A stretch of DNA of 63,868 nucleotides, the filler included, from Phoronis australis (taxonomy: Eukaryota > Animalia > Phoronida): NCBI GenBank assembly GCA_002633005.1. It is 7 parts of 7 records of this genome, joined end to end, with 100 filler letters (N's around TTAATTAATTAA, not from the genome) between each part and the next. Parts side by side here need not be neighbours in the genome. Positions count along the whole stretch, not along the records: positions 1 to 13,368 come from NMRA01001304.1; positions 13,469 to 41,540 come from NMRA01001307.1; 5 more parts are not named here. The stretch is one strand, 5' to 3'. Every line of letters begins with the position of its first letter. The stretch's first letter is position 1. The notes below the pieces were generated by a model. It was not told where the DNA came from. It did not search any database and was given only the letters and a program-made list of their open reading frames with translations. Position numbers and translations under genes: made by a program. Of this stretch, positions 12,035-25,591 are shown piece by piece.

Positions 12035-12900
12035 AGAGGGTCGTTCAATACGTTCTCGGTCTTTCCCAGAACACAACGCCATAGCAACTAATTTTGGCTT
12101 TTATTTTTCAATATAATCTCCCCTTGCATCTATTCATTTCTTTCATCTCTGCAATGCCTTCGTAAATGGAACTTTTGTCGAGCCTCTAAAAATACTCCTC
12201 CACTGCTCTCATGACGTCATCAACACTCATATACTGGCGTCCACGCAGGTAGACTTTCAAATAAAGAAACAGACAGAAATCAGGTCTGGAGAATAGGCAG
12301 GGTGCGGATGGATTTCAAAGCTACATCTATTTGCTTAAGCCACCGCAACTTGTCAGTATCGGCAGGTGCGTTGTCTTGAAGCAAACTCTCCAAACTCTCG
12401 AAACTTCTAGCGTCTCTTTTCTTTAATTGCAGTTTTGTGTTTTTCCAAAAGTAATCCCCAGTAACAGTGTGTCAGCGTTTTAAGCAGTCGATCATCAGAA
12501 TACCTTGTTTGCTGTCCCAGAACACACGGGCCATAATTTTGCTCGCAAAGGCACCCAACTTGAACTTTCTTGGGGTTAAGGAACCCACGTGCTTCCATTG
12601 TTTACTCTGTTGTTTTCAGCCTGGCTCAAAGTGGTCAAGCCATGTCTCATGCTGGGTTACAAGTTTTCTGGAATATTTGGCTGGATCTGCTTCGAATCTT
12701 CCTCTAAATTCCTTTGAAATTTGCATTCTTGGCAGCCATCGTGCACTTAGCTGCACATGCCCAAATGTTCGCTCAAAATTTTAGAGACGGATCCATTGCT
12801 GATGCGAACAGCTAGTATTTGCCACATGTTGAACAGTCATTTGTCTGTCATTCATAAGCATTGCATGAATTTTCTGCACATTTTTACTGGAGGTCGACGA
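12035..12900 (-). mobile_element. 5'-truncated, degenerate mariner (Tc1/mariner) transposon
   Basis: Minus strand gives ENVQKIHAMLMNDRQMTV, ARWLPRM (WVPRxL motif), LVTQHETW (TGDETW), LQDNAPA (HDNARPH), HPHPAYSPDL and RGDYIEK*. A mariner-like terminus TA-agagggtcgttcaata lies at 12033. Confidence 0.9.
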
Positions 12901-13368
12901 ATTGGGACAAGCAAACAAAGTAACAACGCCTTTACGCTCACGCTGATGTCAATATGTTTTCAAGGGCAACATGGCTGGCCATCAGGAATCGTTCCTGAAC
13001 TGACACAATAGACGGGAATAGTCGATGATTTTCCGATCTCGGCCGAGGAAAAAAATAATGCTGAACAGGCTTTTAGTTTGATAACAGAAAGGATGTGAAC
13101 ACGGTGTCATTTTACATATTACTAACTTTGGTGTCTATTTTCAAGTTTTTGAACTAGAATGCCCTTTGAGATAAGGACTTTAATGTTCACTGTTTGATTT
13201 GTGTCATGCGTGTGATTTGAAGTACAGCTTTTAAGAACACTGAAGTTTAAGCAGAAAACCGAAACTTTTACACTACAATAGTGGCCCGCATTAGCACCTT
13301 GCATGAACTTCAGTGCAAACTCATTGGGAACGCTATAGCCGTACAAACACCGCTGTCACCGCCGTAGG

Positions 13369-13468
13369 NNNNNNNNNNNNNNNNNNNNNNNNNNNNNNNN
13401 NNNNNNNNNNNNTTAATTAATTAANNNNNNNNNNNNNNNNNNNNNNNNNNNNNNNNNNNNNNNNNNNN
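13369..13468. other. Assembly spacer (N44-TTAATTAATTAA-N44)
   Basis: Fixed 100-bp spacer with a six-frame stop linker. Confidence 0.99.
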
Positions 13469-14223
13469 ATTTTCGACCACGCACAGAAACCTTTCCACGG
13501 AAACTGAACACCAACCACACCATGACACCCCTTACCACGGACACTTTTAATGCAAGTGACCGCGTTGAGCGTTCCACTTATCTGAAGTGTGAGTAACGGA
13601 GCATAGTTTGTGATCAGGACCCCCAACGGTTTTTGTAAGTCGTGGCTAGAATTTTTGCGGTGTGTGGTAAGGATATGCGCCTGGTAAGAATTGGGTTGCT
13701 TTCTGTAAAGTTACCTGCTAACAAACAAAAACGTGTCCTTGCAATCTCTAACAATAATCGTGGTAAAATTTAATCAATGTCCCCAAAATGTGTGAAACAT
13801 GATTAAATATCTTTCCGAATTTGTGGAAAATCCAAAACGTTTTGAAAACTCTTAAAAACCTGTCAAGTTTCAATTTCAAACAAATCAAAATTGGTAATAA
13901 ACTAAGGATCCAGCAAAGTTAAGCAGTGACAGCGCAATAAATATACTTGGTAAGTGTAGACTATATGCACGCTCCATGTGCACAGCAAAAATGTTTCAAA
14001 TAGTCGCCCATTCACACATCAGTGGCAAAGAATATAGCATTTACCTTCCCCACTTAATGCAAAAGAAACACCGACGTCATTCACTCACACTCCGGGTGCT
14101 CTGGGTTGCTCCTTATCAACCAATAAATTTGACGAAATAAAGTCGTGACTTTCAGAGATGGTCGGAACTTCTACAGATATTAAAGAGTTCATTTGAGATC
14201 TGCCAGTTGTGCATCTATACCGC

Positions 14224-14574
14224 TACCGGGAATTTCCGAAAACAGGCCCACCCAAAAGTAAGCCCATGGGCTTATTTGCGATAACTGTTTACATGTTTTG
14301 AAAATCTGATGGATTGTTTTAAGAAACACATGGATATGTTTTGATGTAAAATGTTGTTTATTTTGGCAAGACATTATTTCTGGGATCGCGTTTTTACTCA
14401 AAGGACAATCATTTAACGAGATATTGAGTAACTAACCGCATTAGCACAGTGTCAAGGATAGTTTTATAGCGCGACATAAATACTGATCATGAACAGAATT
14501 CTTACTAGGGAGATACAACAGCATCATCATCTTACCAATATCCTCCGATGGGCCTATTTTCGGAAATTTAGGTA
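14224..14574. mobile_element. Non-autonomous DNA transposon (Tc1/pogo-like MITE, TA-flanked)
   Basis: Imperfect TIRs ta-ccgggaatttccgaaaacaggccca and tgggcctattttcggaaatttagg-ta. Confidence 0.6.
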
Positions 14575-14737
14575 GCTACAAAACGCGTCTAAGAATTTCA
14601 CTTTTATATTTTATCCAGAGAACTCGACAGCAAAAAATTAGAACTTCCCGAGTTTTCACATAAGTTGAAGTCTTCATTTTTGCGAAGCTGTAATGCAATC
14701 TAAATCTAGTAAGATGGTCACCACAATCTGTATCAAT

Positions 14738-14881
14738 CATAGCATGACATGACGCACAACTTGTCCATCTAACTAACCAGCCATAGCATGACATGACACA
14801 CAACTTGTTCTTCTAACTAACCAGTCGTAACATGGCAAACTACACAGCTTCTCCAACTAACCAGTCACAGCATGACATGAC
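14738..14881. repeat. Minisatellite, ~44-bp unit x ~3.3
   Basis: catagcatgacatgacRcacaacttgtYcWtctaactaaccagY repeated with decay. Confidence 0.85.
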
Positions 14882-16073
14882 GTTTGAACTAGATTAACGG
14901 TTTGGAATAATGTTATGATCTGACTGGAAAAAGACATGCGCCATTTTCGAAGATTTCCGTGTCGGGAACAATGACACGGACAGAGATAACCACAAGAACA
15001 AGAAAGAATATTATCAATAGTGGTGATGACGACAATAATTGTTCTTCTGGCTCTGATGAGACAACCTTGCCCTCTTATGTAATTTATCAGGAAGAGACTC
15101 TCATTGTACAGTTATTATGAATTTCTAATAGGGACATGCTGGTGTTGCGAGAAATACATGAGAAGATGATTGACGTGTGGTCTCGAATTGACGTCCATGT
15201 TTAAACAAATTCTCTCTACGACAACCACGCCTGTCGCACTTAAAAAATTGCGCCTTACAAACTCAGTGGGCCTACACGGGCCGATAAATTCAGTTAATTG
15301 AGGCTTACAAACATGGCTCACTAACGGCCACCCGACATTGTGTTTGTAAGTCCCACCATGAGCTTGTTGGGTGAGTAAAGGCCCATTTATACCAAAACCA
15401 GACAGGTGGAGAGGCCTTTGCAGCGACCTCCAGTGCGGCGACCGCACTTAGATTGTTTTCCGTTAATTTTGAATAAGCTCGTTTATACTCAGGGACACCA
15501 GTGTAGCTCCGACGTAGATACTTCAAATGTTACTTGTAAATGAGGACATATTTATGAACCTACCAAGACAAGACTAACATGCACGAACCGACAGGGGTGG
15601 GACTCGGGGCCAAGGGGTTCGAACGAGCCCCCCATTTGGGTGGGCAAAAAGGTCTCCCTCTGAGAAGCAAAAACACCAAAAAAAGGACACGAACACGTGA
15701 CCTATTAGCTTATAGTCTCTTTCGGGAATCTGTGCCCGATTGCATGAAACTCTCCCAAATAGGGACTCAACAATGTTCCGTAACTTCCCATAACATTTGT
15801 GGACTTGTGCAAATATTGATTTGTCTTTCGAATGGCATTTAATCTTCTTTACTAAGCCAATTTTTAGGTATGACACACACCGAAAGTAAACTCCATGTTG
15901 AATTCTCAATAGTATTGAAGATCAATAGGGAGCTTTTCGTATACCGCCCCTAATTTAAGGACTAAGTCCCTAGTTAACAAACACACAAACGCTCACAGTG
16001 TGACTGTTTCACTCTACTGGATTTCTGGCTGTTTCCTGCCTAATCGCTAGATTTCGCGGCAACTATATACCTG

Positions 16074-17132
16074 GGGTGCGTTCAGTAGACCCAATTAAGT
16101 AATTCGCGAAAACGCGGAAGATTTAGAGGAATGTCGCCATATTATCGAGTGAAGCAGCCTCCCGTTCAGTAGCGCTAGGACCTCGCTAAAACGCAAGACT
16201 TCGAGAGATAACGTGAGACATTGCCGTGTATTTTAAGTTAGAACACGTGACTTTGACTACATTTTAGCTAGATCCTAGCGTAGGTCCTAGCCTGTCACAC
16301 TAGGTTTACTGGCATGGCTAGTCTCGTCTGTTCCACAGGACAATTGTACAAAACCTGACTAAAATTTGAAGAGTATAATGGGCCAAAGGCTTCAAAAACT
16401 GTGCACAAAGTCTATCGACACTGATTCGAAAGTCAATTTTCCACCTTTTACGACTACCTGAATTGCAGTCAGCTACAACTTGAAAAAACGAGCAAAATAT
16501 GCCGAATCAGCATTTTTCACCCCAAAGCCACTATCTGCATGAAATTCAAGAACTGAGAAACAGCGCATTCAGACTGCCAAAACTCTCCAAGTTCCAGATA
16601 TCAAGTGAAAAGTGGGTGTCGCCCAGCCAATTTTTTTCACAAATCCAAGAAGTCTGAAGGGTACCAGAATTTCCCATTAAATTTCATCTTCCCACTTGCA
16701 AGCAGTAAAGATTTAAGAAAAGCCAATGTTGAGCAAATAGCGGGTCAAGTGGTCAACAGCTGACAATGTTGCACCCAGAACAGATTAAAAAACCGAGCAA
16801 ATGTTATTCGCAACCTTCACGTGCATCACAGAACTTGAAATGCACAGCCAACCCAGCAACCGCCAATTTTTCATGAAATTGGGGGAGGCAAACTGAACCG
16901 GGGCTCAAAAAATTATTGAGTGCCAAAGGACGCGCTATCACGTGTCGACATACGAGACTGTGGAAGAGTTTGATCTAAGAAGAGTACGTTCATTAGCTTT
17001 CTAACGGGTTACAAATCTACCCAAAATTACGTGTTCTCATTCAAAATATACGGCAATATCTCAAAAAATTTCGCGAAGTCTTTTCTTTTTAGCAAGGCCC
17101 TTGCGTAGGTCCTAGTGTTGCTGAACGCTCCC
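16074..17132. mobile_element. Non-autonomous PIF/Harbinger-like element with a 3-bp TSD (CTG)
   Basis: TIRs gggtgcgttcag and ctgaacgctccc are flanked by ctg on both sides (16071-73, 17133-35). Subterminal inverted similarity between ~16160-16290 and ~17030-17130. Confidence 0.7.
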
Positions 17133-17872
17133 CTGGTTCCGCAATTAATGGCGCCCTCTGTTGCTGGTACTGCACTGTTGTATCTGATCATGTCATGACA
17201 GTGATTACAGAAGGTTCTCTGGACGTTATTTTGTGCAGCTTCACAAACGAAGGTTTGAACAGAGCGTCTATTGCTGTGTAGGTGTTTGGTTATATTCCAA
17301 TCAAAATCACGCACCGTTGCCGCTTCATCAAGGTTACCGTATACTGACCTCCCACTAATCTAATAAAAAAACATCGTATCTCACAAGATGCTAATTGGAT
17401 TCAAATTAAGCTAACTACAGATAACATATGCACACTGTTGTTCAAAACTATGAAGATTTGTTTTTAAAATGAAATTAAAAATATGTTAAAGTCGTTGCCG
17501 TTACCGACGAAAAAACTGAACAAAAACTAGATAAAACATGAAAAAACGAAAGTTCATACAACAAAGTTATTTATTACAATTTTATGTTGACATTCGTCTT
17601 CATATATTTTATACTGCTTTTAAAATATTTCACATTTTAATAAAAAGTGGGACGACAGCGCTTTTCAAATTTCGTTTCTAATATTTATCAAAGGAAAAAC
17701 GTGTTATAATACCAGACTTGTCGCCAAAAGCAAATGGAATATGAGCACGAAGAGCCACTTATATATTCACCTAACCTGTATGAATTGTGTCGAAACTAAC
17801 ACCAAATCTCAAGAGATCGAATTTGTAGACTGTGTTGCCAACCGACTCAAATATCAAGTAACGTAATTAGTG

Positions 17873-17882
17873 GCGCATGCGC
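17873..17882. promoter_or_regulatory. NRF1-like palindrome upstream of eag exon 1
   Basis: GCGCATGCGC ~290 bp upstream of the eag ATG; matches the NRF1 core consensus. Function inferred only. Confidence 0.35.
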
Positions 17883-18007
17883 CCTAAGTCTGTTTAATTA
17901 TTAATAATTCATCTCGCAGCTATCGAAGTTCTACCGTGCTGTCATTCATACCTAGGAGACACAGGGAGCTGTGCGTGTGACTGATATTTTAATGATGCTG
18001 TTTGCGG

Positions 18008-18121
18008 ATGGAAATTGTCGAAAAAAACTATTTATTTCGGAGCAAACTGGATGAAATCGTAACCATGGATTTGTTGGATTACTTGTTCAGGAGGCTGTTG
18101 CGCATGTTTGTCACGTTTTAA
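18008..18121 (+). other. Candidate upstream ORF (37 aa) in the eag 5' leader, in frame with the main ORF
   Basis: MEIVEKNYLFRSKLDEIVTMDLLDYLFRRLLRMFVTF*. The internal ATG at 18065 is in a strong accATGg context, and the stop is 45 nt before the eag ATG. The transcription start is unknown. Confidence 0.4.
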
Positions 18122-18166
18122 AGGTGTACATTTTTAGGTTCTATTGGATTATCTCACTGTGATAAA

Positions 18167-18245
18167 ATGTCTGGCACCAAACGAGGTCTAGTGGCTCCAC
18201 AAAACACATTCCTGGAAAATATCATCCGGCGTTCTAACGGGCAAC
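18167..18245 (+). CDS. eag: Ether-a-go-go voltage-gated K+ channel (Kv10, KCNH1/5 type), coding exon 1 (PAS-cap)
   Basis: [26 protein letters not shown]+C then donor gtaag. [18 protein letters not shown] is the diagnostic eag-subfamily N-terminus. In-frame stop upstream; too short to appear in the ORF track. Confidence 0.95.
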
Positions 18246-19070
18246 GTAAGTAAACGTGTTGTTTATTCTGAAGCTCGGCGTGTAAATGTGGTGGAAAAAC
18301 AGCGTTGAATGACAACTAAGAAATTGTCGCTAACAGAGGTCCTTTTGTAGTATTGGCCACAGATATTATTTAAAAAACTTGCTACATAATTTACGGTCTG
18401 TCTAACGAGTACTTTCTTCACTGATCATAAGATACCGCGGGTTCTCGTCAACAATTTATAAATATCTGATAAGAAGCAACTCTCTCTTTATACGGCGATC
18501 TTTATACCAGTACAAGGAAACACAATTCGATTAACCTACCTACAAATTTAGAACAACCGAATACGCCGAATTTAAAGACTATATCATCGCTGTGTGCAAA
18601 GTCGTAATGGCTGTTACTATGAAATCTCGTATACATTGTACAATTTACATACAACTTATGGATTTTATTAGTCTGGTAAGCACAACTCATTTTGCACAGA
18701 AGTGAAGTTATATCGATCGAATTTTTAAGTTTGCCTTGGCCGGAACAGAATGTCCAATACAGCTTGATAGCTTCATGAACATATTACCAACAACGATCTG
18801 TGATTTACTTCACCTTCATTTCCTTAGTTTTTGTTGTCTTCCAAATCGCATGCAATGAAATATTCATTACCTTTGGGCTTTCAACTTACACATTACATAC
18901 CAGGTATTGGTCGTTTTTTCAAAGACCTGGTCTGCATAACGAGACAACAGTCAAATAAGTTGTTTAAAGATGAAAATTGTGCCGATTTTTGATTTGGCGA
19001 AAACTACCAAACGTTTACCAGGCGTTTGGATATCTCATTTTAACATCACTTTCCATTATTGACCCTCCAA

Positions 19071-19213
19071 CATGCGCGCACCCAGCCTTCAATATGGGGG
19101 GGGGGGTCGAATTCTTGTCGATGTGGACATTTTGTATCTCTGAGGCGGACCTTTTTGCCCACTTTGCCAAATGAAGGGGAGGCTCATTGGAGCCCCCCCT
19201 GGGTGCGCGCATG
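19071..19213. mobile_element. Short MITE with CA...TG termini and a 5-bp TSD (TCCAA); related fragment at ~15578-15660
   Basis: TIRs catgcgcgcaccca and tgggtgcgcgcatg, with tccaa on both flanks. The internal gacctttttgcccac matches gtgggcaaaaaggtc at ~15641 in reverse. Confidence 0.75.
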
Positions 19214-22200
19214 TCCAAGACTACCTCAGGTCTCGTTTTTACACGGCAGATACAAACTAGCTGTTGATCTCCATGCTTGTACGTTGTATGGTCTGAGGCT
19301 AGTTTCTAGTGAAAAGGGACGCGTATGATTTATTGTAATTGTAAGTTGTCATGACGCCTTTTACTGAGCCCTTAGTTCTCTAACACCGGATTTAAAAGTT
19401 ACAAACAAAAGACACCGTCATTTTACGATGGGCGCGAACACCACCGTTCTACGCTACACCTCGAGAATCGAGTAACCGGTGGAACGCCATTGACAAGACG
19501 TATCGATATATCTACTGAATGTCAAAATAAACAAAATAATAATACCTGATGAATTACTTTTCAGAAAATTCGTTGCCTTCAAGTTCTGTCAAAAATAACT
19601 CCCTCACAGTGACATTTGACGGCAACTTTGATAGACAAATCCGCTCCCCGTTTCAACAGGGTTGCTTCAATGCTTAATTCTGAAAATTTGTCCCATGTTC
19701 CCTCATTGTTATTACTGAAAAATGTTTTACCTGTAATGGCGGTATATCACATTATAACAACAATTAATACAAATTATCTGAATAATTAACGGTTATGGAA
19801 ATATTCTCTGAGACTTAGTACTTTGCTGAAGTAACATTATTTTGCATTTTGGAGATAGTTGCGTGGGGCGTAAAACTCAATTTCTGATAGGTCTTAAGAT
19901 ACTTTCTATGATGATTTGCATGGGAATTTTCCTTATTCGCGAGATAGCGTTTTTTTAGAGCGCAGTTATGGGTCTCGGTCGCACAAAATTGTTACCATTC
20001 GTGTAAATCATAGACCCATTGTACACGTATACCGTCCATCTTTATCCAGATTTTCATGTTACGGGGTTTAAAATGCGACAACAAAAATATCACCATCACA
20101 GTTACGGCTAAACGATTAAAAGCCTACTTGGGTAATCAGGTGCAGAGACGGATCATGAAAGATAACTTACGCCTAATCCTTTCGCAAGGAGATTCATTTA
20201 TTGCTAGTCCAACCAAGATAAATATCGGTGATCATCAAGCAAGGCTAAAGAGCATGCAATGCATTGGCAACTCAGAAAAGATTTTTATAGAAGACTGGAC
20301 GTTTCATAACGTCAGACGTTTTCCGGATTCGAGGCTTGTTTCACTTAATTTTCGTAACTATAAGTCGCTTTTTACACAGTGTCTGAACGGAGACTTACGC
20401 CAAACTTACAAATTTTCGTGAGTTTCCGTTTAGACGATACATAAAAACATCGTAAGGCTCAGAAACTTCAATAAAACATGCTACGGTCTCTAATAGAGAT
20501 CGAGTTTTAATGCAAACTCGGAGATTATTTGCGCAAAATAATGATGTCAAATAATCAAAATCGACTTTCCCAACTATCCACTCTAAGGCAACAAATGTAT
20601 CGTAGAACCGGGAAAACACGTGCATGCATTGGAGACAGACGTTCAGTAGTTCCGCCGAGTCTGACCCCCTGGCTTCTACTGGAAACCCAGCTTCTATCTG
20701 TTTTAGCTAACTACAAGAGTGAAGAAGAATGCTGTTGATTTATAATAATTAACAAAAAAAAAAAGAATTTGACACGACCAAATTATTAAAAAATCGCATT
20801 ACAACGGATTTTCTATCAGACGTTTCATCATATCAAACATTTAGCCCAAGTATTTGTCGCTTGTTTTGTTCCGACGAGCAGTCATTAAAATAGTACATAA
20901 AAATATTACAATAATATGAATTATCTACTGATACGTTCTCATTACTCACTCTTGGGAGCATTGTGGCGCATTCTGCAATCAGGCAGGTAAAAGGCTTATA
21001 TTTACCTCATTCGTACTAAAACAACGAGTTTGCCTCCTCATTAACATGTTGATTAGGACTTAAAGATAGCACGTCTTTCTGCTTGTCGGTGTATGGTCTC
21101 CCCCGCTTCACTACAAGTTACCCCCTGAACAATCTGTCGAGTTTTTATGAAGTTTCATTAAAACTCTATGTGCACATTTTAATAAAGGTAAAAACTAATG
21201 CTCATTTCGAAGACACAAATCACATTGCCATAGAGTTAGGTATAACCTAAAAAAGACACTCAACACAAAGATATCTGTGAATCAAATGAAAATGATAACT
21301 TCTTATGTTAGTGGACGTATTATGGTAATCTTTCACAATTGGGCGAATAGTTCTAAAACAAACTTTGTTGTTCTGTGACGGAAAAGCAAGAACCTCGCGG
21401 AAAAAAACCCAACAATTCGTGAATGTGGCGTTCTGTTGATTGACGTGACTAGAAGCTGACGCAGGATAATGAAAATCTTAGCTTGGGATTAGTCTATGCT
21501 TGACCATCAACGAGACCGGAATCCTTCGTGTGCTACGTAATAGTCTGATTGTGTAGCTATTAGGAAGACTCGTACCAGATCTTTTGTGCCATGCGATGGT
21601 TCGTTAGCGCGTTTGTCTTTATAGGTGACTTCGTTATTCCACGATGTCGTCTTGCGTTTTCAGTTGCTTTAGTTTGCACGCAATCCAGCGAAAAGAGCTC
21701 TTGCGTCATTAACCCAGTGTGAAACGAATCGCAGTTATGCACGGTTGTCATAGCTACACCTTAGTATTAACAAGATGTAACTATTGTTGATAGATAGATA
21801 AGTTGCCCTCTCTACTTAATATAGAGGCTATTGAAAACAATTAATCCTAATATAAAGTCGCCCACGACAACAAATTCAGGATTGTCGTTTGACACTGGAT
21901 CGGGACCGCGACATCAGCGAAAAATGACTTGTGCTCGACAAATGTCCTGGAAATGGTAAAATTTCTAGTTTGAGTTGTCGAAACTAAGGTAAACCTATAC
22001 AATAATAAACTATAGCCAATAAGTTTGCGATTAACAAAGAAACACAAACGTTCGACTTGTCAATTTGTTGACGTTGGGTTTTAAACCGACAATTAATATT
22101 ACAACATAAGTCCTTTTTAATTACACACTGTTTTTATACAACCTAACAACGTTTAACGCGAGTGCTGATCGACCTCATCATTTTCAGTAGCCGCGTTGTC

Positions 22201-22215
22201 AGTAATCATGTCTAA

Positions 22216-22731
22216 AGCCGCATTTCAAGGGAGACAGTTTCAGGGTGTGAATTGTCACTACGCGACTTCCTCCAGATCGCACAACACTGCGGGATCAGCT
22301 CGAGTCTTTTCCGTTAAGACATACGATATTGTTCAAGCGTAACATGATTCCTTCCGTCTTGCCCCTACAGTTTGTGATTAGACGTGTAGTACTGGAGAAA
22401 CTGATCGGGTACAAACCGTGGTCAAAAATGGCCGCCGCGCAGTGCTGTAGTGGTAAAATTAGAGGTAAATAGGCGCCAAAAGCCTACCGTATCACCTTGA
22501 GCACTGATTCAGAAGGTAATTTACGGTACGTGGTCGCAACGTTCAAATGACAAAACGCGGTTGGCTGCGCCTACGTGCGTCTACGCCCCACTACAGCACT
22601 GTTGCCGCGGTGTCAACTTGCTCCATGTCAGTCGCTCCATGTCAGTCGTGTTTACACAAACTAACAGTCGATCAGCTGTCATGTTCCGTGTTAGTTGCTC
22701 CGTGACAACTGTCTCCCGTGTAAATGCGGCT
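22216..22731. mobile_element. PIF/Harbinger (Tourist-like) MITE with TAA TSD
   Basis: TIRs agccgcatttcaagggagacagtt and aactgtctcccgtgtaaatgcggct; TAA at 22213-15 and 22732-34. Confidence 0.8.
22440..22601. mobile_element. hAT-like MITE nested in the preceding MITE
   Basis: Perfect 14-bp TIRs cagtgctgtagtgg and ccactacagcactg; 8-bp flanks ccgccgcg and ttgccgcg (6/8 match, decayed TSD). Confidence 0.75.
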
Positions 22732-23232
22732 TAAGCAGCAACACTTGTTAGAGTTATCAATTCATTGCTCTTGCGGCATGTAAACTGTACTAAATTAACT
22801 TTCGCGATTTCGTGTAGCTTAGGATTATTCAAACTTGCAGCAGCTAGTGTGACTCAACACAATGCCATTTGACAGTCTAGTTACTATTCTCTTAAAAGGT
22901 TGGGTTGACATGACGCTTCCAGTGTGCCGGAAAACATTCGAGAACCAGTTACCATTACAATCTCGCGAGACTATTTTTATGTGAATGAGGACGGTAATAT
23001 GTCATCGTTTAAACCCTAATAAAACGAGGAACAGTTTTTATTATTTTCTCATTTCACTATCAAATAACGATTGCGTAATATTTGGAATTTCTAGGGTTTT
23101 CTATATATTCACACTTGTTTTTAAGTGTATAAGTTGTGTGTGTTCTCCAAGAAGTCACAAGGCGGCGCTTGCTACAAATTTAAATATTCACGGTTTTAAT
23201 GAGACAACATTGTTAAGGTCTTGATCGAGCCT

Positions 23233-23418
23233 TATACAGTTTATTCACGCAGTCGCCATTTGAAAGTAAGCCTCTTTTTAGGCTTTAAAAACAATGCATT
23301 CTGCGCTTAATCACAGCGCAAAACTTGATTTTTTCGCATTTATGTCTCAAATGTATTGTTCTTTAAAGCTAAAAAGAGGCCCACTACTAAAATGGCGACT
23401 GCGTTAATAAGGTGTATA
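23233..23418. mobile_element. Palindromic (fold-back) MITE
   Basis: tatacagtttattcacgcagtcgccatt...cctctttttaggctttaaaaacaatgcatt mirrored by aatgtattgttctttaaagctaaaaagagg...aatggcgactgcgttaataaggtgtata. Confidence 0.8.
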
Positions 23419-23810
23419 GGCATTCACTTTGCTCGCTAACAGACGAGTTTGTTTTTATTCCGGCTGACCTGTCTGAGTTGACTTCTACAGACGCATGAAT
23501 CTCGCGAAAGAAAAAGCTAGTGTGATCACATGCTTGGCTTCCAATACATAACAACATGTATAACTCGCGAAGTCTTGCGTGAGCTCGCGTTTTTGTGGAA
23601 TTGTTGCGTCTATGGAACGCATGCCTGGTTGATCATGGTTCGTGAAGTGAAAGCAGCGGCATATAGACTAATAACAAGTGGTTTGATTCTGAGCTGCCTA
23701 CCACCAAATTCATCCGCACAAATTTTTTGTCCAGTAAAGATGGCGCGCTGAATTGTTTCTCAGTCGACCGATAATTCGTTGTATGTAAAGGTATCGTAAT
23801 GGTAAAAATG

Positions 23811-23875
23811 GTCGCTAAGGAACCCACTTGTCGCTAAGGAGCCCACAGGTCGCTAAGGAACCCAAAGGTCGCCAA
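23811..23875. repeat. 19-bp tandem repeat x ~3.5
   Basis: gtcgctaaggaRccca units at 23811, 23830 and 23849, with a partial unit at 23868. Confidence 0.85.
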
Positions 23876-25591
23876 AAGCCTCAAGCAGATTGGATATTAA
23901 GATGTTAAGTATGTGTTAAAATACTTGCAGTAGCATTATTGCCGCACTATATATAACAATTATTTACTAGGTTATTATAATTAATTATTAACAAGACTCG
24001 ACATTTTTCTCCCACATTATAGCCTACTTATAGACTGGAGGCTGGTGTGTCAGTCTACTCCGAAATGCCGACTGGAACAAAGAACAATTAACTATACATA
24101 TATATTTCGAGCAAGATGATCGGTTTTCGTATGAGCCAACTTCCGGTTATCTTAGATGTCCAGGCACCACTAAGGTCTCGCAAGTCTTCGCGGGATATCG
24201 TTAAGCAATAGAAGTGCCTGGAAAGCTCCCGGTCTCACTACCTTTCACACGCGAGTACCCGGGGAAAGATCAGTAAAGCAAGTTTCTTGCAGGAAAAAAT
24301 GAGATATCCAAGATCACGCGAGCGAAAAGCGAGTGTTCTGAAGTAAAATAGGGACCTCACTAACACACGGCATGACGGTCCAACTGAATTAGGGAGTGTT
24401 AGACAACGAGGCTGAGGTGTTGAATTACGATAGAAAATGCACAGTTCCTATTCTATGAGCGAAGATTTCTCTTCTGAAGTGTCCCGATCGCAAGTGTCTT
24501 CCATTTAAGGAAAGCATCCGTTGTCACGGTATACTGAATATGTTCCTGTACTCTCAACACCATGAGGAGTCTATTGCCGGAATATTCGAATGTAGTGAAG
24601 ACTATGTTTTTATTGACATTCATTTGCTAGTGAGCTTTGCTAACAAAAAGTTTCAGAAATGAAATCAAAATCTCAAGACTTTGGACAAATGGACCACTAT
24701 ATAGTCACATGATCACAATATGGGAGTCAGTTCCAGTAACCTATGCATGCAGTGAATCCTGATACCATCACCACCATCACAACCGCCGCCGCTTCCGCCG
24801 CCACCGTTAATCCAACCCGGCGACATCATATTGATTTCAATTTGAATCATCACCTCAAAGCATAGCAATGTACAAATGATGAGATTATATGAAAATAAAA
24901 CTGCCTTGAATGATCTTAACACGGCAATGAGCACAAACCAGTAAGGTTTCGTAACCAACGCGTTAACTATGAATCCTAACATAGGTGATCGATACTACAA
25001 TTATGTAGTGCACAAGAAACTGATCAAAACCGCTCTTGTTTTATTTAAATGTTTTATTGCATACTGATCAAAAGGTGCTTACTTTATTTGAATAGTTTAC
25101 TGTTAATATAGGAACGCTGATGTTTACATATACAAGCACTTTCGTTCAATACCTGAAATAACACACCGGAAACTATACGACACGACAATTTACTTGGAAA
25201 TGAAATCGATACCAAAATGCCCTGTCATCAGCCTCACTGTATCGTAGTAAGAGCGCATGCTTTCCACGATATTAATCAGTAGTATATGGCTGTTAATCTC
25301 ATCAGAATTACTTCAGTTGGAGTATCATTCACTTATCTTTTTCTCTTCTGTCACTACACCTCGTCGTCGTCTACGTTACATGACAAACAGTGGGCAATTA
25401 AAGGGTAACGTTACCTTTCTGAAAGAGCCTTTGATCAGTTTGAGTGTACTCGATTAATTATAGAAAGCATTTTGTACGGTATCTATACAAATGATTTTAG
25501 TAAATATTGCAATTCACCAAAAAGGCAGTGTGACCCAATTAAAGGGAAGGGCAACCTTTATTCGTGTCCTTTTTAGCAAAAATAAGGTTCT

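Noticed and set aside
13413-13424. TTAATTAATTAA palindrome as a biological motif
   Set aside because: Identical in all six N-runs; it is an assembly linker.
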